A stretch of DNA of 61,163 nucleotides. It comes from Elsinoe ampelina. Its lineage: Eukaryota. Made by a program: the position numbers and the translations under genes. Of the stretch, positions 10,625 to 23,920 are shown one piece after another. How positions within the stretch are numbered: position 1 is the stretch's first letter; each line of letters begins with the position of its first letter. The notes under the pieces were generated by a model. It was not told the origin of the DNA. It did not search any database and worked only from the letters and a program-made list of their open reading frames with translations. The stretch lies in the NCBI GenBank assembly GCA_010093995.1, contig ML992511.1, positions 1-61,163 of the forward strand. Direction: 5' to 3'.

Positions 10625-11655
10625 AGGGGAAACATCACGATAAACAACCTGAAGCGCTGAATGGCGGCACGCGTGCGAGACGGAAATTTATTTCTCTGGC
10701 GCAACGAGAGTTTAGCCGCCGGCGTCGGCTTGGCTGCGGTTGCTGGAAGAATTGTCGGCATATGAGAGGCCACCGGGAAATGCGGATGAATAGGCGAGAC
10801 ATGCATGTGTACGATTGTAGTCTACTTTCTATACGAGAGCAACGATAGATACTATCGAAGCGGATGAATTACAAGGTGCGCAATTGTAAATAATCAAAAT
10901 TTTACTTGATGTCCTGACCGAGATGGTGCACGAAGGAGGGGCCGAGTTGGCAGTCCGGGATGCCCCGCCATGCCCCTCCACAAGAGCTCCCTCTCCACTC
11001 GCAAAAGTTTGGGTCCCTTTTCCGTAACTCGAAATGTGTGGCTTGTTGCAATAGCTATTACGACACGACAACTCGATTGAGAGATCTGGTAGTTACAGGC
11101 GTAGCTAATAACTACCAGAACTATCTATGAGCCTGATTTGAGGCTTACAACTACAGTGTTGACGGAGTTATAGGTATAGCAAGTCAATACTCAGCCGAGA
11201 TAGTGTTAGAGAGGACTCAAACTCATTTGCGAGTGGGGAGGTCTCAGCATCTCCCCGGACCTGTCGTCCACGGGTGTCGTCCACTGGTGCCATGCAATCA
11301 AAAGCCAGCTCTTAATCAGCGTCGCCAGTATTGCATAATGGGATTTGGAAGCCATGCAGATACCGATACAAGTGTGTCAACCATGGCCTGAGACAGTCAG
11401 TAACCAAAAAACGCATTTCCGACGAGTATTTAGCCCTCTTGCCGCGGAACTGCAGTAGATAGCTCTCCCAGATCCAATCCCGGTGGGCGAAAGAGAGGAG
11501 GCTCTTCTCACTTTTGCACCCCCGGACGTCACCTCTCAGTCAGCAAAAGCTCAACCAAATTCCGACACCGACTCGCATCTTGGTGTCAAACACCGTCACA
11601 AATTCTTTTTCCTTCTCCATCTCCCACATCCTCAATTGATCAACACATTGCAATC

Positions 11656-14097
11656 ATGGGTTATACCGAGCTTGATCAGAAGTGTATCAACACAATCCGT
11701 ATCCTCGCCGTACGTCGACCCCTCCATCTGTGCCCCACCACCACTTTTTTTTCCAATGTCCGGATGAAGCGGCGGTGGAAACACTGCTCCTCGAAACAGC
11801 TGCTAACATATTTCTATACAGGTCGATGCCACCTTCAAGGCAAACTCCGGCCACCCCGGTGCGCCCATGGGCATGGCTCCGGTCTCCCACGTTCTCTTCA
11901 ACAAGTTCATGAAGTTCAACCCCAAGAACCCCAGCTGGGTCAACAGAGATCGCTTCGTTCTTTCGTAAGATCTCTCCATTCTCCCCGGCATATTTCGTGC
12001 CCAGAGTCAATGAGCGATTGCAAGAGTCGGAGACGTCGCATAAGATGCTTGCATCGGTTGATGGACATGGACTGACAGCAATTTCCAGAAATGGCCACGG
12101 ATGCATGCTTCAATACGCCCTGCTCCACCTCTTCGGCTACGCTCTCAGCATTGATGACCTGAAGAACTTCCGTGTAAGTGGTGTCCCTTTCGCTCGAGAA
12201 ACAGAACTGACGAGCGTCTAGCAAGTAGACAGCATCACCCCAGGTCACCCTGAAGCTCACGACACACCTGGCATTGAGGTCACCACTGGCCCTCTCGGCC
12301 AAGGTTTCTCCAATGCCGTCGGTCTTGCCATTGCTCAAGCTCACACCGCCGCTGTCTTCAACAAGCCCGGCTTTGAGCTGATCAACAACTACACATACAC
12401 CTTTTTCGGTGATGGCTGCGCCATGGAGGGTATTGCCTCTGAGGCTGCTTCCATGGCTGGTCACTTGCAGCTTGGTAATCTGATTGCCATCTACGACGAC
12501 AACCACATTTCCATCGGTGAGCTGCTTGAGTGTAATCATTCCGCGCGGAGCTGACGAGCATGCAGATGGTGACACCAAGTGCGCCTTCACCGAGGACGTC
12601 CTCAAGCGATTTGAGGCTTACGGCTGGCACACCGAGTGGGTCAAGGATGGCGACAACGACCTCGAGGCCATTGAGAAGGCCATCAAAAAGTGCCAGGAAG
12701 TCAAGGACAAGCCATCGGTCATCAAGCTCACAACCACCATCGGTTTCGGCTCCAAGCTCGCCGGTACTGGCGGTGTCCACGGTAACCCATTGAAGGAGGA
12801 TGACTGCAAGGGTGTCAAGTCCAAGTTCGGCTTCGACCCCGAGAAGTCCTTCGATGTCCCCCAGGAGGTTTACGACGCCTATGGCAAGACTGCCTCCAAC
12901 GGTGCGGCTGCTGAGATCGAGTGGAACCAGCTGTTCGAGAAGTACGGAAAGGAGCACAAGGATCTTTACAACGACCTCAAGCGCCGTCTTACAGGCCAGC
13001 TTCCAGAGGGCTGGCAATCGAAGCTCCCCACCTATAAGGCCACCGACAAGGCCGTTGCTTCCCGTAAGCTGTCCGAGTCTGTCCTTCAAGCAATCTTCGA
13101 CGCCGTCCCTGAGCTCATCTCCGGATCTGCCGATCTGACTGGCTCCAACAACACCCGGTGGAAGGAGGCTGTTGACTTTCAGCCACCCAGCACAGGCATT
13201 GGCGAGTACTCTGGCCGCTACATGCGCTACGGTGTGCGCGAACACGCCATGGCTGCTGCCATGAACGGTATGGCCGCGTACGGTACCATCATCCCAGCCG
13301 GTGGTACTTTCCTCAACTTCGTCTCATACGCCGCCGGTGCCGTCCGTCTCTCTGCCCTCTCACACCACCGTGTCATCTACGTCGCGACTCACGACTCCAT
13401 CGGCCTCGGTGAGGACGGCCCCACCCACCAGCCTATCGAGACTCTTGCCCACTTCCGTGCCCTGCCCAACTGCATGGTATGGCGTCCCGCCGACGGCAAC
13501 GAGACCAGCGCTGCCTACTACGTCGCCCTCACATCAAAGTCGACCCCTTCGATCCTCGCTCTCACTCGTCAGAACCTGCCCCAGCTCGAGGGCAGCACTC
13601 TCGAGAACGGTATCAAGGGTGGTTACGTTGCTCTCGAGGCAAAGGATGCCCAAGTCACGATTGTGTCCACCGGCTCCGAGGTCTCCATCTCGCTCGAGGC
13701 CGTCAAGGTCCTCAAGGAGAAGCACAACATTGTCGGTCGCGTTGTCTCCATGCCTTGCGTCGAGGTCTTCGATGCCCAAGACAAGGATTACAGACTCAGC
13801 GTCATCCCAGACGGTATCCCAACCATGAGCTTCGAGGTCATGTCCACTCTCGGATGGGAGAAGTACAGCCACGAGCAATTCGGTCTCAACAGATTCGGTG
13901 CCTCGGGTCCATACAAGGAGGTCTACGCCGTAAGTAATTCACAAAATGTGAGACAAGCTGCGAAACTGATACTTTTACAGAAATTCCACTTCACCCCCGA
14001 AGGTGTCGCCGAGAGGGCCGCAAAGACGGTCGAGTTCTACAAGGACGTCAAGCCACTCAGGTCGCCGCTCAACAGGGCTTTCCTCAACTTGATCTAA
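11656..14097 (+). CDS. TKL1: Transketolase; introns 11710-11821, 11965-12088, 12174-12221, 12517-12565, 13930-13980
   Basis: [72 protein letters not shown]; all splice junctions keep frame. Confidence 0.98.
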
Positions 14098-14621
14098 GTG
14101 AGAGTATGGGTACACTGTGCTGGTGATGTCGATGGACGTAGATATTAGCAATGAAACGACTTTCCAAATACCTTTTTTTTTATTGCAGGCTAGCACAGTG
14201 AGATTGGGGCGTCGGGTTTGAGAGGATCCTCAGCTATGGTCTGGTGAGAAGCAATCCAATGGCTACCATGTCTACGTTGAGTGTGTGTGACGGCCCTCGA
14301 AACTCGATAGCATACCATTCACTGCCACCATGTCCGACACGGTATCTGAGCAGAAATCTGGCGCTTCGAGAGGACAAAGTTCGTCATCTCTGCGAGCATA
14401 CAAGAGATTCAAGTGCATTTCCGACGCGACAAGTGGGCAGATGATGCGCGTACCAGGCCATCAGTACAGCGTGTATCAGATTGCGGCAGTCACACCCTGC
14501 AAGTGGAATAGTAAATCATGTTTGATTCACGAGTTCACCCGTCGGTGCTATCCCTCTAACCCCAAGAATGCACATTCCCTTGTCCAGCGCTATGCTTCTC
14601 CCCCCGGTTCCCCTGTCCCAC

Positions 14622-16178
14622 TCACACCACCAACCCCAACACCACCCCCACCACCCCCACCGCCACACTCCCCTTCACCCTCGTCCCCACCCCTCTCGTC
14701 CCAGGCAACGCACCACTCTCCCCCTCCCCCCTGCCCAATGCCGTATTACTAGGCAACGCAGTCGGTACCACCGCCGCGGTACTCGGCGCCAGGGCGATCG
14801 TCACCCCTCGGGCAAGACGCATACTCCTCGGCCCTCCCTCGGACTCGCTCCTCGTATCGACGAGCGGGATATTGGCCTGCACCAGCTCGAGCGCGGATAA
14901 ATGGTGGCCCAGTTTCTGGCCGATGGTGAGGTTGGAGAAGTAGCCCTCTTCCGACAGGGCGGTGACGGTGTCCGGGGTGGTGTAGAAGTGTTGGCTGCAG
15001 ATGGAGCCGTTGATGCCGAGGGAGGGAATGGTGGTTGGGGATTGCGGGGCGGGGGAGTTGGGGGCGACGGACGGGATGAAGCCTGAGCAGGCTATTCCGG
15101 CGCCTGTGGCGGAGGCGGAGAGGAGGGGGAGGGCAAAGGGGGCCAGGAAGGGCGCGACGATGGAGGCTTTGCTTATCCAGCGCCCGAGGAAGCCTTTGAA
15201 GAGAAGTTGGTCTTGGTTACAGCCGCCTTCTGCGTCGCGTTCGAGGCCGGATTGGCGGGGTTGGAGTTCGCAGGCTTGTTCGAAGATGATGCCTGTGGAG
15301 TTGGGGAACGGGCTGAAGAAGGTGCTGTTGGCTTGGGCGAGGAGGTAGAGGGCTCGGTCCCCCCAGATGGAGGAGCCGTTGGTGGCGTTGTAGAGGTAGG
15401 CGGCGCCGCCGAGGTAGAGGGCGGAATTGTACGTCCATTGGGTATGGTCGAGCTCGGCGCAGTCTAGTGTGTCGTCGCTGCCGTCGTAGATGGCAAAGTT
15501 CTGGCGGTCGATGAGACCGATGGAGGACGACCAGTCCCAGATGCGTGTGGCCCAATCGTAGTAAGTGCTGTTGCCTGTGTAGCGGGCGAGCCGAGCAGCG
15601 ATCTGGAAGAAGCCACCGTTGGAGACGGAGTTTTTGTAGTTGTATCCTCTGTTCTCGGGATACACTTGCCACTTGAGACCACCAGAGCAGCTGCTGGTGT
15701 CCCATCGGGCGACCATGCCATCGAACACACGTTGTGATAGCTGTAGCCATGATGTGAAAGGCAGTGTGCTGGAGTTGGGGAACGGCAGACCATATTCCAA
15801 AGCTGCTAGGGCACTAAAACACCAGAATGCTATATCGTCGTTTCCCATGCTCTGACGGTATTGCTGTGGCATGAAATCGCCCTGGAAGCCAGCCTGTGCT
15901 ACCAATGACTGAATCGTGGATGGGTTATACGTTACGTCGTTTGTGTATGCCCAGTAATCCACCAGCGCACCCCATGTCGCTCCGGCATGCCACCAATACG
16001 TAGGTGGTGGAAAGATGCCTACGGCGTATGGCGGAATGCCCGATGCATTGCCTGCATAGAGAGCGAGGACATTGTAGGCCAAAGTCGACGACGAGCCGCG
16101 CAGAGACTGTGCTGATCTGGTATCGATATCGAGTCCGGCGACCAAGGGCAATGCCACTAAGGATATTGATAATCGCAT
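14622..16178 (-). CDS. GH76 alpha-1,6-mannanase/transglycosylase (Dfg5/Dcw1 family), secreted, probably GPI-anchored
   Basis: Signal peptide MRLSISLVALPLVAG from ATG 16178; YWWHAGATWG, catalytic GNDDIAFW, CSGGLKWQ, YKNSVSNGGFFQIAARLARYTGN; hydrophobic C-terminus. Confidence 0.92.
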   Translation of the reverse strand: MRLSISLVALPLVAGLDIDTRSAQSLRGSSSTLAYNVLALYAGNASGIPPYAVGIFPPPTYWWHAGATWGALVDYWAYTNDVTYNPSTIQSLVAQAGFQGDFMPQQYRQSMGNDDIAFWCFSALAALEYGLPFPNSSTLPFTSWLQLSQRVFDGMVARWDTSSCSGGLKWQVYPENRGYNYKNSVSNGGFFQIAARLARYTGNSTYYDWATRIWDWSSSIGLIDRQNFAIYDGSDDTLDCAELDHTQWTYNSALYLGGAAYLYNATNGSSIWGDRALYLLAQANSTFFSPFPNSTGIIFEQACELQPRQSGLERDAEGGCNQDQLLFKGFLGRWISKASIVAPFLAPFALPLLSASATGAGIACSGFIPSVAPNSPAPQSPTTIPSLGINGSICSQHFYTTPDTVTALSEEGYFSNLTIGQKLGHHLSALELVQANIPLVDTRSESEGGPRSMRLARGVTIALAPSTAAVVPTALPSNTALGRGEGESGALPGTRGVGTRVKGSVAVGVVGVVLGLVV

Positions 16179-16704
16179 AATGGGGATTTTAGGTGGGAGT
16201 GTAACCAAGCGGCAGGCCCGGATGATGTTATATTCCAAAGATCCTCGTACCGGAAGCACTGCAGGGAAGTTACGAGCGACAACAGTCAACGGTAAAAGAG
16301 ATACGAAATCTTGTTCTAGAAAGATGCATACAAGGCAAGCTCGCTTGCCTACTCACTTGGCGAATCTACCGTCTCACGGGAGGGATCAGATGTCCATGTC
16401 TTGTGATAATTCTCATTGGATGGTGTCCAAGATCTGATGTGCAGAGGTGCAGGTGGAGGGGCGGAAGATCGCCACCGTGGACCTTTGAGGCCAAAAAGTC
16501 TTTTCCTTCGCTGCTTGGCTTCTGGGCAACCGTTCAACTTGCGGCTCTGCTCTCTCGGTTACGGCTTCTCCACAGTTTAGCGTGTTTTGATGTTTACGGC
16601 TAGATTTCATCACGCCCGCATTCAATTGCTTTTGCTTGAGGACATTGACACGCGATATTGCAATTGTATTCACTATTTGCTCACCGTTACAAGCCACGGA
16701 CATA

Positions 16705-19061
16705 ATGTCCGAAGCCGACGGTCTTAACATGTCAGACAGCAAATTCGAGCCATCCTGGTCAGACTCAGACGGTACAGCATTCCTTCCCACCAATCTTCCG
16801 GTGAAGCGCATTGCTCGCGCCTGGGAAAGAAAGCCGTCTTCACCCTACAGTCAAAAACCTGGAGTGAAGAAAGTATGGCGACGCGTCCGAATGCCCGTAT
16901 TTAATGCGCCAGTCACAAGTGGCGACTATCCTCGGTCAATTACTATCCCGCCGCAAGATCAGCACGTCACGATCGAATCTCCAAAGAAGGCGGTCAAAAA
17001 GCAATGCCTAGACACAGCCTACGGCCGCGATTGGAAGACGACAGAGTGGGATCCACGAGGCATACACATGCGTATGTTTGATAGCAACCCAACGAAAACA
17101 GTCTCTGACAGTTTGTCTCAGGAAAGAAAGTCTCCCGACCACCCATTGTCCTTAGAAGCGGCGCACGTATCGATCCAAATAGCGATGACGAAGGCATCAC
17201 GGATGAAGGCGACGACGATGATCAAGCGAGCGAGGCAGCCTCGGAAGGCGCGGTAGGGGAAGATGCGGATGGCGAATGGGAAGATGTAGAGTCGGAAGAC
17301 GACTCGGAAGAGCATAGACAAACTGGCGACCGAGAATTAGCGAATCACAATTCAAGCGCTGAAGCTGATAAGCAACTCATCGCGGAACAAGAACAACTGG
17401 TGCAAGCGTCAAGAGAGGTTGTAGCAAACGAGGATCACCACACGTATCAGCAAATAAGCGCGACAGAAGCGAAGGAGGAGCAACACATCGACAGCCCGGT
17501 CTCTGGTGTTCCTACAACATCTCCTACAAAACGATCGCCAGCGAGGCGATCACCAAAGAAGACTTCGCCGATCAAGCATCTTGCTGAAATACCGACATTG
17601 GCTATTCCATCGCCATTCCAACGGCCGACCTCTGCGCCCCCGGAGGAGACCATCACAAGCGAGAACTGGTACAGACCACGCATATCAGACGATACAGCGA
17701 TTCTTCACGCATTCCTCAGCCGCGCCGCGGCGAACAAGAAGCCGCTGGCCAAGCGCGAATCTCTTACCAACAGGCGCGATTCTGGCGCAATCCGCCACGC
17801 CCTGGCATCTCCTGCGAAACCTGACGTCCTGACAGAACTGGACGCAAACAGTCCCTCTCCCCACAAGAGTGCGCGTGTCGAGATTGAGGAGAAGGGAAAA
17901 GCAGCCTCAGACGAGAAGTCGCCGTCTTCGAGGAAGGCCGAAGAGCTGACCGAAGAAACGAAACCGAAGAGAAGAAGCGGAAGGAGCAGAGCGCGACCTG
18001 CACTACTTCTTGACCAGATGACAGCAGACGAGCCCGTGAAGGGCCCAAACAAGATTACGATCAGGGGCCCGACCGAGCAAGTCAACCTCAAGAAGAATGA
18101 GGTTGCCGAGCTTGCAGCCCAGACGCGTTCCAATACGCGCAAGAACAAGGGCCAGAGCATCATGCCCATAGCGCGACTCAGTAAGCTAGCTGATGAAGCC
18201 GTGGAGGTGCTCAGCGAAGACATGGAATCAAAGCCCAACCAGGAGGGTAGGAACGTCCATTGGGATGAGACGCTCGCATACTTCAGCAAATCCCCCGAGC
18301 AGTCGCTTGAGGCAGATCCCGAGGCTGGCGAAGTACCGGACACCGTCCAGGAGACCTCAGGCAAAGAAGCAGCCGCGACTTCACCACCAAAGTCCCGCTC
18401 GAAGCGCGCCAAGGTAGCCAGTCCAAAGAAAGCTGCACCTGAACCAGATCAAGAACCTGTCGTGTCCACTCCTGCCCCGAAGCCGGCTCCCTCCAAACGC
18501 CGCTCTCGCATAGCTACCCCAGCCAAAGGGCTCCTCAGCAAGTCACTCCTGCCAGAAGACGTGGTGCCCCATACGAACGAGCCAGAACCGACAAAGCCTG
18601 CTCCAACTACTGCTCCAGTGTCAAGGAAACGCGCCCTCCCAACTCCAAAGCGCAGCGCGCACGCTGTCGTCTCCGCGCTCAAACAATGCGCCACCGACTC
18701 AGCCCCTACCGCTGCGCCCGCCCAACCGGGACTTGGTAGTCGCCCGCCGCTCTCGCCGCGCAAGGCAGCTCCGACCACCGCCTCCTCCATTCCTAGTCTC
18801 GGCACATTCGCTCCTAGGATGAATAGCGAGATACCCAAGCTGAACTTCGACGAGGCCGTCGGGACAAATTTCAAGGCTAAGAACAAGACCAGTCAGTCGG
18901 GAGCAGAGGAGGAACAGGTTCCTGGTCTGGCAAGTCCGGCGAAGAGGAGGAGAGGCGTGCTCGGTCTCAGGAGGCAGGTGAGGGAGACGAAGGAGGAGAG
19001 GGAGGAGACGCTGCCTGGGTTGATGAGTCCGGCGAAGAAGAGGACGAGGAGTGCGCTTTGA
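16705..19061 (+). CDS. Uncharacterised, largely disordered Ser/Pro/Lys-rich protein; intron 17072-17121
   Basis: Two track ORFs join in frame across GTATGT..CTGAC..CAG; acidic patch, many SP/TP sites, C-terminal basic clusters. Confidence 0.75.
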
Positions 19062-19457
19062 TGATGTAGATCAGATGATGTGACGAGGCGGGGAGAGGTC
19101 GACGCTGGGATATGGTGGATGTGGCATAGTATGGTGGAACGAACAGTTGTTGGGGATGCACAGATACCAATGGCCTGATCGAGCGGACGTTGCTGGTAAA
19201 CAGTGATAGTATGTAGTCTGTACACAATTGTACACCCGGCCGCATCCCGTCTCATGCTCTTGTGGCCGTGACCGACCCATTGCGCCGTGCCAGAAAAACA
19301 CTCCCATTCCATGTCAGCCTCCCTGACTTCCCTATCCTTGCCTCACCCCCCTCATCCCCGCTTCTCCCCATCCCCTCGCGCATCTTCCATCGCATCTTCC
19401 ATCGCATCTCCCTCCCTCCCCTGCCTTGACCCCAACCCCCTGCTCATCCACAACCAA

Positions 19458-20990
19458 TCAACCCCCCCTCGGCGCCACGGACAAAATCACCGCCAAACTC
19501 GCCACGATCAACGCCCCGGCCACAGCGGACACGAGCAACACACTCCCCCTACTAGCCGGGAACTTGCCGCGGATGACATAGTGCTGGCTCTCAAAGTACC
19601 TATGGAACCCCACCAGCAAGATCAAAATCGCCACGACGAGGAAGGTAGCGCCCAAAGGTTTGCCGACGTGGCTGAGGCGCTGGAGGTCAGGGCTCGACGC
19701 GAGGGCGGTGAGGAATTCGCTCTGGTAGACCCTTCTGCTGCCGTTGGGTGGCAACACGCCGGCGCCGCTCGAGACGACGACGGGGGGAGAGGAGGATGAG
19801 GAGACGCTCGTGCTGTTCGCCGACTCGTTTTCTTGTAACGTGGTGTTCAGGCGGAACAGCTGCGTCACGGCGATGCCGATGGAGGCGAAACTGAGACTGG
19901 TGCGGAGCCAGGCGAGAAAGGTGCGTTCGAGGGCCAAGTGGTCGCGGGCCACGCTGCCTTTGTTTTCGAGCTCGATGGAGCCGTATTTCTCTAGGAGGGC
20001 GCGCCAACGGGAGTCTTCTTGCTGGGAGTGCGAGGTGGAGGAGGAGGGGGAGTGGGCGTCGCGGTCGCGAGAGGAGGAGGTGGTGGTGGGAGGGCTGGAT
20101 TTGCGCCGGAGAGGGGCGCCGGGGTCGGGAGGGGCTTCGTAGCCTGCTGCGTGAGGGCTGATCGAGTCGGTGGTGCGGGACGCTGAGGTGCCGTAGGTGT
20201 TGTTGGCGGCTTTGGCGGATGCGCGTCGCAGGATGGCGGTGTTTTCGTCGGCGCTGGATTCGGGTTCTTCGGTGAGGTGATGCGTGTCGGCGATCGAGCC
20301 GCGTGGTGAGGCTTTGCGGGCCATGAGGTAAGCGCTGTAGGAGGTGTTTGGCGACACGCCGTCCTCGCCTAGACCGGGGCGAGTGTACGAGGTTGGATGG
20401 AATGAGACGCTTCTTTGTCGTTCGGGCTCTGTGGGTTTTTTTGCAAGTGTAGGTGAGGTCGAGCCGCTTCCACTTTGTGATTTGGACTTGCTCTTGAGCT
20501 TGGTGCTTGAGAACGAACCTGATCGCGAGCGGCTGGACTTTGTGGATCTATTGGACTTGATCGACGGCGAAGGAGATGGCAGGCGACGACTGGGTTCTAT
20601 ACTAGCGACAGTGGTGATGACGCTGAACTGCTGTTGCGGTACTGCAGCATCAATCTGAGCTTGTTGGATCGGTGGAGACTGCTTTGGCTGCGATTTCGAT
20701 ACTTGTGAAGGCTCGCGGATCGCATGGCCAGATTCGATTGCCTGCTCTACCTCGTCGTCTTCGGACGCTGCGCCGGCCCTCTCTCGATTGGTATCGGTCC
20801 TCCAGTCTTTGAAGCTTGTCGACCTCTTGAAAGCTTCAGCTGTGGGCTGGGCGGGCTTGCTCAGGGTAGCTTGAGTGCGCTCGGCCGGAGCCGAGGGACC
20901 AGGTCGGGGAGTGATTAGACTGCCTTCTTCCGAGTCTGAACCAGCAGCAGACTGGGATTGAGAAGTTGAGGTGTCATCTCCGGTGGACAT
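19458..20990 (-). CDS. DUF202 (YidH/Vtc1-like) membrane protein with long disordered N-terminus; start could be 20990 or 21017
   Basis: [40 protein letters not shown] and two further TM segments around [17 protein letters not shown]. Confidence 0.88.
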   Translation of the reverse strand: MSTGDDTSTSQSQSAAGSDSEEGSLITPRPGPSAPAERTQATLSKPAQPTAEAFKRSTSFKDWRTDTNRERAGAASEDDEVEQAIESGHAIREPSQVSKSQPKQSPPIQQAQIDAAVPQQQFSVITTVASIEPSRRLPSPSPSIKSNRSTKSSRSRSGSFSSTKLKSKSKSQSGSGSTSPTLAKKPTEPERQRSVSFHPTSYTRPGLGEDGVSPNTSYSAYLMARKASPRGSIADTHHLTEEPESSADENTAILRRASAKAANNTYGTSASRTTDSISPHAAGYEAPPDPGAPLRRKSSPPTTTSSSRDRDAHSPSSSTSHSQQEDSRWRALLEKYGSIELENKGSVARDHLALERTFLAWLRTSLSFASIGIAVTQLFRLNTTLQENESANSTSVSSSSSPPVVVSSGAGVLPPNGSRRVYQSEFLTALASSPDLQRLSHVGKPLGATFLVVAILILLVGFHRYFESQHYVIRGKFPASRGSVLLVSAVAGALIVASLAVILSVAPRGG

Positions 20991-21953
20991 GGAAACTGGA
21001 GAACATGGTAAAGGCATATTGCTCCGGGCTCGGCGCAGGCTAGGGTTCTGCTGCGGTTCCGGGCGAGAGGCACAGATGTCGCAATTTCTGGGCGGCAAAC
21101 GCGATGGCAATCGACCTCAGAATGAGCCAATGACCCAAATTTTCGGGTGTGTGATCGCGGATCAGGTACCTTTAGGGACTTTTCGATGCTCGACGGGACC
21201 GAAAAGAGGCCAAAGAGATTGATGATAGAACGGCAAGAAAGATGCGGAATCGAAGAGCTCGACCGACCCAATTGCGCGTGGGTCGCAGGATAACCCTATG
21301 TGTCGAAACGATACCACGAGTAGCGATTCAAGAGGTCCGTGTTGGCCTCGATCCTCATTTCGAAGCAGACGGACGGTGCGAGAGGAAGAATGCTAATTTT
21401 CTGATAATGCTCAGAGGTGACGGTGAAGAGGACGCGCAACAAGGGAAAGACGTGCGGGCGGTTGGATCCGGCTTTATTAACTGAACTATCTGTGCGGAGA
21501 AAACTCCACGAGGGAGGGGGGCTCAAGCCTCAATGCACAAGGGGATGAGGTGCATCAACGATAACCTAATCTCTAGCTGCAGGACAGCTTTGATCATCAA
21601 GCATCCTCCACAGAGCTAAATGTCTTGTGAGAATTGATTTCAAATCGAGCTTCGTTTCCGATGGAGATGCTCATGACTTTTTCTTCGTGCCTGTCGATAC
21701 AGGTGGTATCTATGCTGCATACTGATGCATGGAACCCACACGTCCTCCCTGATATGCGCCAAACGCTAATACAGCACGATTCCGATCCGCCATCCTATCA
21801 CCAGCCTGTTGTCAACGCGGCCTGCCCCTGCGCATTCCCCCATCCATTGCTGATATTCTCGACCCAGGTTGTATGCTCCATGACTGGAGGCGGGAGCGCA
21901 ACGTGGTCAGATGACTGCTGTGCAACATGGACGTCTTCAGTCGGCATGGACTG

Positions 21954-23510
21954 CTAGGCCATGCTAACCTCCTGCGTAGCTCCTCCGGGATTTCTTGACG
22001 ACTTGATAATTTGCTTGACAACACGCTCGACGTTATCCCAGTCGTCCGTATCCAGCTTGGTTGGCTGTATGCCAAGCTGAATACAAATCTGTTGGAATTG
22101 GCTCCAACTGCGACGGTCGTGGACGAGTGTGAGAGCAACGCCAACCTTTCCGAAACGACCAGTACGACCGACACGGTGCAGGAACGTCTCGGCGTCTGGC
22201 TGGCCACCTGGAAGATCCGGGACATCGTAGTTGATGACCATCGTGACCGACTGAACATCGATACCGCGAGCGAGGACGTTGGTGGTGATGAGAACTTTGG
22301 CGCGAGACTCCCTGAATTGATCGATGACTTCGTCGCGAGCTGATCCTTCGAGTCCACCAGTGAGGCATGCAACTTGGTGACCTTCGGCCATCATGCGCTG
22401 CTGAAGCGAGTCCGCAGTAGCTCGAGTGCGGACGAAGATGATGGATGAAGCAATGGTCATCAAGCCGTAGAACTTGATCAGGGCAGCATACTTGTCGTCG
22501 TCTCCGCTAACGTCGAGGTACATCTGTTTGATTCCCTCGACAGTAAGCTCATCGCGCTGGAGAGTGATCTGGTTGGCGTTGGGTGCGAATTGATCGGCAA
22601 AACCCAAGACCTGGTCGGGGAACGTCGCTGAGAATAGTACGGTCTGGACGTTCTGCGGGAGCAGCCTATCAAAGGTCAGGATGCCGATAGCATGGTCAAG
22701 AAGGGGTTGCTTACATCTTCACACGCTTACACTGATCCCCCAGACCCTGCTGATCCAGCATGTTGTCCGCCTCGTCTAGGACGAGCACGGCCATCGCACT
22801 GGGTTCAAGTTGACGTCTGCGGATGAGGTCCGTGACTGTGCCAGGCGTCCCAACTACTACATGTCCCTCGACCGTCTTGCCTCGTTGTGACTGGTCGGGC
22901 ACAGCCTGCCATGTCCTCAAACCATCCATGAACTGACCCATAATCTGAACCACCCCAAGGATCTGGCGTGCAAGCTCGCGGGATGGCGCAAGGACGAGAG
23001 CTTGTACTTTTGGCAGGTTGATGTCGATACGAGCGAGGATGTTGAGTACGAAGGCCGCCGTCTTTCCTGTGCCTGATTGTGATTGACCGATCAGGTTGGT
23101 GGGTGGGTTTGCGAGAAGGAGTGGGAGGGCGCGTTCCTGGATCTTGGATGGCTTGTTGAAGTTCAGAGCTGCTATGCCTTTGTTCAACGACTCGGGTAGA
23201 TTCAGGTCTGCAAAGTTCTTGACTGAAAAGAGAGGATTGTTCGGGTCCGCCTGAAGATCGTTAAGCTTCACGTTGACGTCGAATTCGGGTTCGAGAAGTG
23301 AGCTTCCAGCTTGGACTGTGGAGGCACCATCGACTTGGCCATTGTCGGTAGGGGGGTTAATCTCGGCTGTGAAGATGTCAATCCTTGGTCTGATGCGTAC
23401 GCTCTCAGGCGACCGAGAGGTGAGCACGAAGCGGCTGCTCTGGTGAGGTGTCACTCACGCTGTCCGTCTTCTGCCCAGTCGAGCGGCTTGACAGTTTGAT
23501 CGTCAGCCAT
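21954..23510 (-). CDS. DBP5: DEAD-box mRNA-export helicase Dbp5; introns 23367-23458 and 22666-22714
   Basis: [75 protein letters not shown]. Confidence 0.97.
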
Positions 23511-23920
23511 AGTGATCGAGTGATGATCAAGTGAGCGTGTATGTGGTGTTGTAATTTTGTGCGATGTGAGGAATTGAAAGGATGGAGGGGCAGTTGACAA
23601 AAGTTCAGAAAGAAGCTTGAGCTGCTTTGGAAGCTGTGGAACGTCACACTCAGGGCAAGGCGGGCAAGCGCATTGGGCTCGGGTGAAGCCGTCCCTTCCA
23701 GAATGTTACGGCTGGTTTAACCGAAGAGCGGGATATGATCCGGGTCGACCCCACAGAGCGGGCAGGGCAGGGCAGGACATGCGAAGTGCGAGGATCAACG
23801 CCCAGATCCAACAACACGCACTGCCACGCCTATATGTTTCCGGAGAGTTTCGAGTGCTGTCGCATATGACTGCAAAAGCAACTTTATGTCCACAAGTGAA
23901 TCTATTCCCACCATCCGTGA

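Noticed and set aside
12382..13245. Long antisense and alternate-frame ORFs over TKL1 and other genes (also 33062-34060, 39316-40110, 52917-53883)
   Set aside because: Shadows of strong codon bias and compositional skew in the real genes; no independent motifs.
14095..14110. Stop-codon readthrough giving cryptic peroxisomal targeting of TKL1 or other enzymes
   Set aside because: The stop contexts checked (TKL1, NHP2, GCLM, ERG27, APD1, DUF202) lack the TGA-CTA readthrough motif.
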